Source of the DNA: Ascidiella aspersa
Lineage: Eukaryota
Direction of reading: 5' to 3'
DNA: 64,000 bases
NCBI GenBank assembly: GCA_963924565.1
Contig: OZ004615.1
Coordinates: 25,978,001-26,042,000, forward strand
In this document: positions 60,386 through 64,000 of the stretch, piece by piece
Layout of the letters: the number at the start of each line of letters is the position of its first letter
How positions within the stretch are numbered: position 1 is the stretch's first letter
Position numbers and translations under genes: made by a program
The notes under the pieces: model-generated
What the model was told of the DNA's origin: nothing
The model's input: only the letters and a program-made list of their open reading frames with translations
Databases searched by the model: none

Positions 60386-60885
60386 AAGGCCTACTTAAAA
60401 TATTAGTGTATATTTAAGAAGTAATCTTTTTTGAAAACCTTTTGATTAAAAATAAAACGGTTCTGCATTGAATCCTATTTAAACTCCATTTCACTTTCAC
60501 ATTTTTGGACCAAAATCAGAAGATTTATAAAGTCTATTTGTACTGTGACGTCAATTTATGATTTTTTTCCACGCTATAGTTTAAAAAAAATTTGAGGGGT
60601 CCGCTTTTAGTTTTTTAGTCAAGGTATTGCTCACAATCGACCAAGTTTACCAATTTTAATAGTTTGTCGTTATATTTTTTATCAGTTATTTGACTTGTGG
60701 ATGACTTGATATAACAAGGACTTCATTTGTAAGCTATAATTATTACTTTGAATAAAACTGTGACTTTTAATTCGTTGAAAAGACTTGGTTTGCACTTTTT
60801 CGCAGATCGCTTGACTGGAACGTAAGACATTTCAAAATGGATTGTTTGCTACACTTATCTAATTCGTTATTATTAAATCTCGCAG

Positions 60886-61029
60886 CAAGCTTCATCTGGC
60901 GCAAGTCGCTTTGGCCGAATCCAGACCCCAAGCTTTCACGGACCGACCTTCATCACCGCAGATCTCGGGGAAACCACGCAAGAAGTTTGTGAGCGCAAGT
61001 ATGAGCAACCTCTCCATTAGGAAAAGCAA
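60886..61029 (+). CDS. Exon of plus-strand uncharacterised gene
   Basis: gcag|QASSGASRFGRIQTQAFTDRPSSPQISGKPRKKFVSASMSNLSIRKS(K)|gtgagt. Confidence 0.7.
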
Positions 61030-63863
61030 GTGAGTGAAATAAAGTTGCTTCTTCTACCACAAAATATAGTAATATTAATTTTTAAAAAAAGTAAGATTTA
61101 ACTATAATTTGCTGCTAATTAAGTTTTTTTTGAGCAAGTTATTTATTTAATTTTTTAAAGGAAAGTAATTTTTCTTATCTTGTTTTATAAAAAAAAATCT
61201 AAGTGCACACAAACAGTACGGAAGCTTTGAATCAGTGGTTCTAAACCTCTGGTACACGTGTCACCAGCGGTGGTACAGTTCTTACGTATTTGTTAGGACG
61301 ATAAATGGTAATTTAATTTTTTTAAGGAGGTTATAATTCATATTTAAAGGAAAGCTAACTTTTTTCTGTTTTTTATAAAAATTCATTGGCAAAATGACAG
61401 TAAAGGTAAACACGCTACAAATAATCAAAATATAGTGTTACAAAGTGTTATAGAGGCTTATATTTTGCTTTTAATTGTTGAACGTTTTTATACATATTTA
61501 AAGTTTTTGCAAATGTTTTTACTTAGAAGGTATTTAAATTTTAGTAAAAATATCAAAGCCCATACAAAAGTAGAAGGCATTTTATGAACGTTTCGAATAA
61601 CTCATTATTTATTACTGTTAGTCAGATTGCAGGAAATCATTTAAAATATTTCCAAACACTTTACGGCGTCGAACTTATTCTAACAGCCCTTGTTTTCTTG
61701 GTACCGCAGAAGTACCCGTTGTATGACCTCCACAACTCCAGTAATCTCGCCCTACCGAATATACAGCCCCGGAAGCAGCACAGCGCCCCCTGGCGGACGC
61801 GGCATGTTCAACAACGCGTTCACTAAGCGGCAGCACAGAGCGGCGTCAGACCCCTCCTTGAGGTACATCTCCAAGTTTCCGATGTTGTTCCACGGATTGA
61901 TGGACATAAGATACGACTTCAAGCCGTTTACCCACCATCAGCAACACGTGGACGCATACAGGTGAGGCTGGGAGTGTTATTTGGTAAAAATACGAGTTCA
62001 GACTTGTTTAGAATGATTTGGATTGGATGACCGTGTTGTAACAATGTTAAAACAACTTCAATTTCAGTTAAGTTGTGAAATAACTTAAGTCAAGTTCCAG
62101 TCATAAAAACAAAACGTCAAAATAATAATTTGCTAAACTTTGTTTGTATTTGAATGCAAGGAAATCGATACAAAAAGCAGCAAGGCGTCTGTCACGCAGA
62201 TAAATTTAGTGAAATTAATTTTTTTTAAGTTTGTAACCACAGTCCTAAAATGTGAAAGGTAATTGTTTTGTTGAGTTTAACTTACACCGTAATTGCTTTG
62301 CAGTTAATGAAAAGTTAATGTTTGCAATCGCCCTTTCGCGATGTTTATACCCAGATTGAAACTTTCTATTTGCAGACAGACGTACACCTACATTCTAATC
62401 AGCAACTATAGGGAGTTGCGGGCTAGGGGGATCACCGAACCTAAGTTGCATGAGGCGCTAAGGTTTAATATGTGCAACAACAACAACAATAACAACAACA
62501 ACAGCAGCAACAGCGACAAACAACACACCGAGGGAGCTTGTAGAGTGAGTTGTGTTCATTGTGCAGCTTTATGTACATTTGTTAAATATCCGAGGCATTA
62601 TTTTACCAGCTGTAGCTACCCTTATAAATCATCTATTTCGAAGTTTATTTTGGTTTTGACTTTCTTAACAAGGAGTTTAAAATTAACTCCGCAAAACGTT
62701 TTATGTCAAGGATTTTGCAGAAACTTAAACCAGCTTGTTATAAATATTTGCGCGCTGTGAAATTTACTTTAAAAAACAAGTAGGTTGTGTCGGGTATGAC
62801 TCCGATCGAATATTGCCTCCCACCCTTTGCACGAACCAACTTAACCCACCTCTTCACCCAGGAGTTGCACCACCACCCTCGTTGCACCCACCAGAACCCC
62901 CAAGCAGCCCCACCTCACAAACGCGTACCCACTCCACCCCAGGTAATCTTCCTCAGTGATGCTTGCCCATCGGGTCCCGTCGTGTACAACAGAAGCGGAA
63001 GCAGCAAGTCAAGCTCAAGTAGGGCAAGTGACGTCATCATTACCGCAGGTATGACGTCATTATAACCTTGGATATGACGTAATTACGGATAGATCTATTT
63101 TGGTTGATGCTAGTTAATTGTAGTGTGAACCCATCGCCACTTAAGTATGACTTGCTAAAATGACGCAATCAAGACTGCGGGTATCTATTTCCTATTGCGG
63201 ATACGAATAAGCGATTTTCCAAAAATTAAAAAAGTTGCGCGACTTACTTTAGTCTCTTGAAGTGCACAGCATGACGTCACCATCCTTATAAGTGAGTTAA
63301 CAATACATTTTAGTGACGCCGTCGACGATCTGCGGTGGTTCCCCTTCCCTCCCCAAGTCAACGATGGAGATAAACTCGGTGATGGTGAAATCCACCCAAC
63401 AACGACCCTTTGGCGAGCAAGAGAGCGGATTCAAGGTCGGTTCTGACCAGGGGAAGAAAGTAGAATAACACAAACCGGAACGATGAAAATTTCCTTAATT
63501 ACACGATGAATAATTTTCTCAACGGAACGATGAAACATTTTTCTTTTAAAACGCACTGAAATGTTTAGGGATGACGTCACAAAGTTACGTCATAGCTTGA
63601 CGTCTTAAAAAGTAACCTAAGAATATGTATTTTATTGTTCGAAGTAGTGCGCAAATATCTAATTGAAATATTAGTTTAAATACAAGGGCATGGCGGAACG
63701 GTCTGGTGAAACATAAAATAATTTCACGCTCTAATGAACAATGGTTCCAGGGCCACAAGTCTCTGATAAAGTCCCCCCGGCCCTGGAAACCCCCCAGCGC
63801 CGAAACTGCACGACGCAAAAAGGGGAATCCCCCGGCCACCATGTCCATGGTGGTTGGATCAAG
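60886..63863 (+). CDS. Uncharacterised multi-exon protein-coding gene (5' end uncertain, 3' end outside window)
   Basis: Phase-consistent GT-AG exons 60886-61029, 61710-61961, 62376-62544, 62862-63048, 63314-63435 and 63751-63863 give one open frame (QASSGASRFGRIQ...HRAASDPSLRYISKFPMLFHGLMDIRYDFKPF...RQTYTYILISNYRELRARGITEPKLHEALRF..N9..SPRPWKPPS); exons are GC-richer than flanks; no family recognised. Confidence 0.75.
61710..61961 (+). CDS. Exon of plus-strand uncharacterised gene
   Basis: gcag|STRCMTSTTPVISPYR...HQQHVDAY(R)|gtgag; phase 2/2. Confidence 0.8.
62376..62544 (+). CDS. Exon of plus-strand uncharacterised gene with poly-Asn (AAC)n tract
   Basis: gcag|QTYTYILISNYRELRARGITEPKLHEALRFNMCNNNNNNNNNSSNSDKQHTEGACR|gtgagt; phase 2/0. 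Confidence 0.8.
62862..63048 (+). CDS. Exon of plus-strand uncharacterised gene
   Basis: ccag|ELHHHPRCTHQNPQAAPPHKRVPTPPQ...SDVIITA|gtatg; phase 0/1. Confidence 0.7.
63314..63435 (+). CDS. Exon of plus-strand uncharacterised gene
   Basis: ttag|TPSTICGGSPSLPKSTMEINSVMVKSTQQRPFGEQESGFK|gtcgg; phase 1/0. Confidence 0.65.
63751..63863 (+). CDS. Exon of plus-strand uncharacterised gene
   Basis: ccag|GHKSLIKSPRPWKPPSAETARRKKGNPPATMSMVVGS(R)|gtcagt; phase 0/2. Confidence 0.65.
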
Positions 63864-64000
63864 GTCAGTTTGCAAAAACGATCAAGGTCAGTTTGTTTTT
63901 TTTTGGAATCAGCATGATTTTTTGCAGACCAGTAGTATGTTTGGTGGCCATTCAGTCGTATGCTTCCATATGTAGTTTATATAAGTGTGAAAAAGTAGCA

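Overview
AT-rich eukaryotic (metazoan) genomic DNA, most likely an ascidian/tunicate; the taxon is inferred from composition and intron style, not proven. No prokaryotic operon, CRISPR array or rRNA is present. (1) A large minus-strand supervillin-like (gelsolin/villin family) gene dominates the window. I traced 28 GT-AG, phase-consistent coding exons by hand from an ATG at 44508 down to 216 (6120 nt, 2040 codons); the gene continues past the left edge. (2) A divergently oriented, multi-exon plus-strand gene with no family I recognise starts at about 60.8 kb and runs off the right edge. (3) Introns and intergenic DNA carry several non-autonomous element families: a ~100-bp-arm palindromic MITE in about 12 places, hAT-like MITEs, a GG-terminated MITE with an 8-bp TSD, and tRNA-derived SINE fragments. 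The most notable unexplained signals are: minimal Penelope-type hammerhead ribozyme cores at 8761(+), 41887(-) and 59891(+), the last inside a 71-bp inverted repeat; very strong over-representation of the TGACGTCA palindrome, including inside coding exons; four exact GGGGAATCCCC sites; a 3-codon uORF whose stop overlaps the supervillin start codon; and minisatellites grown out of splice sites.
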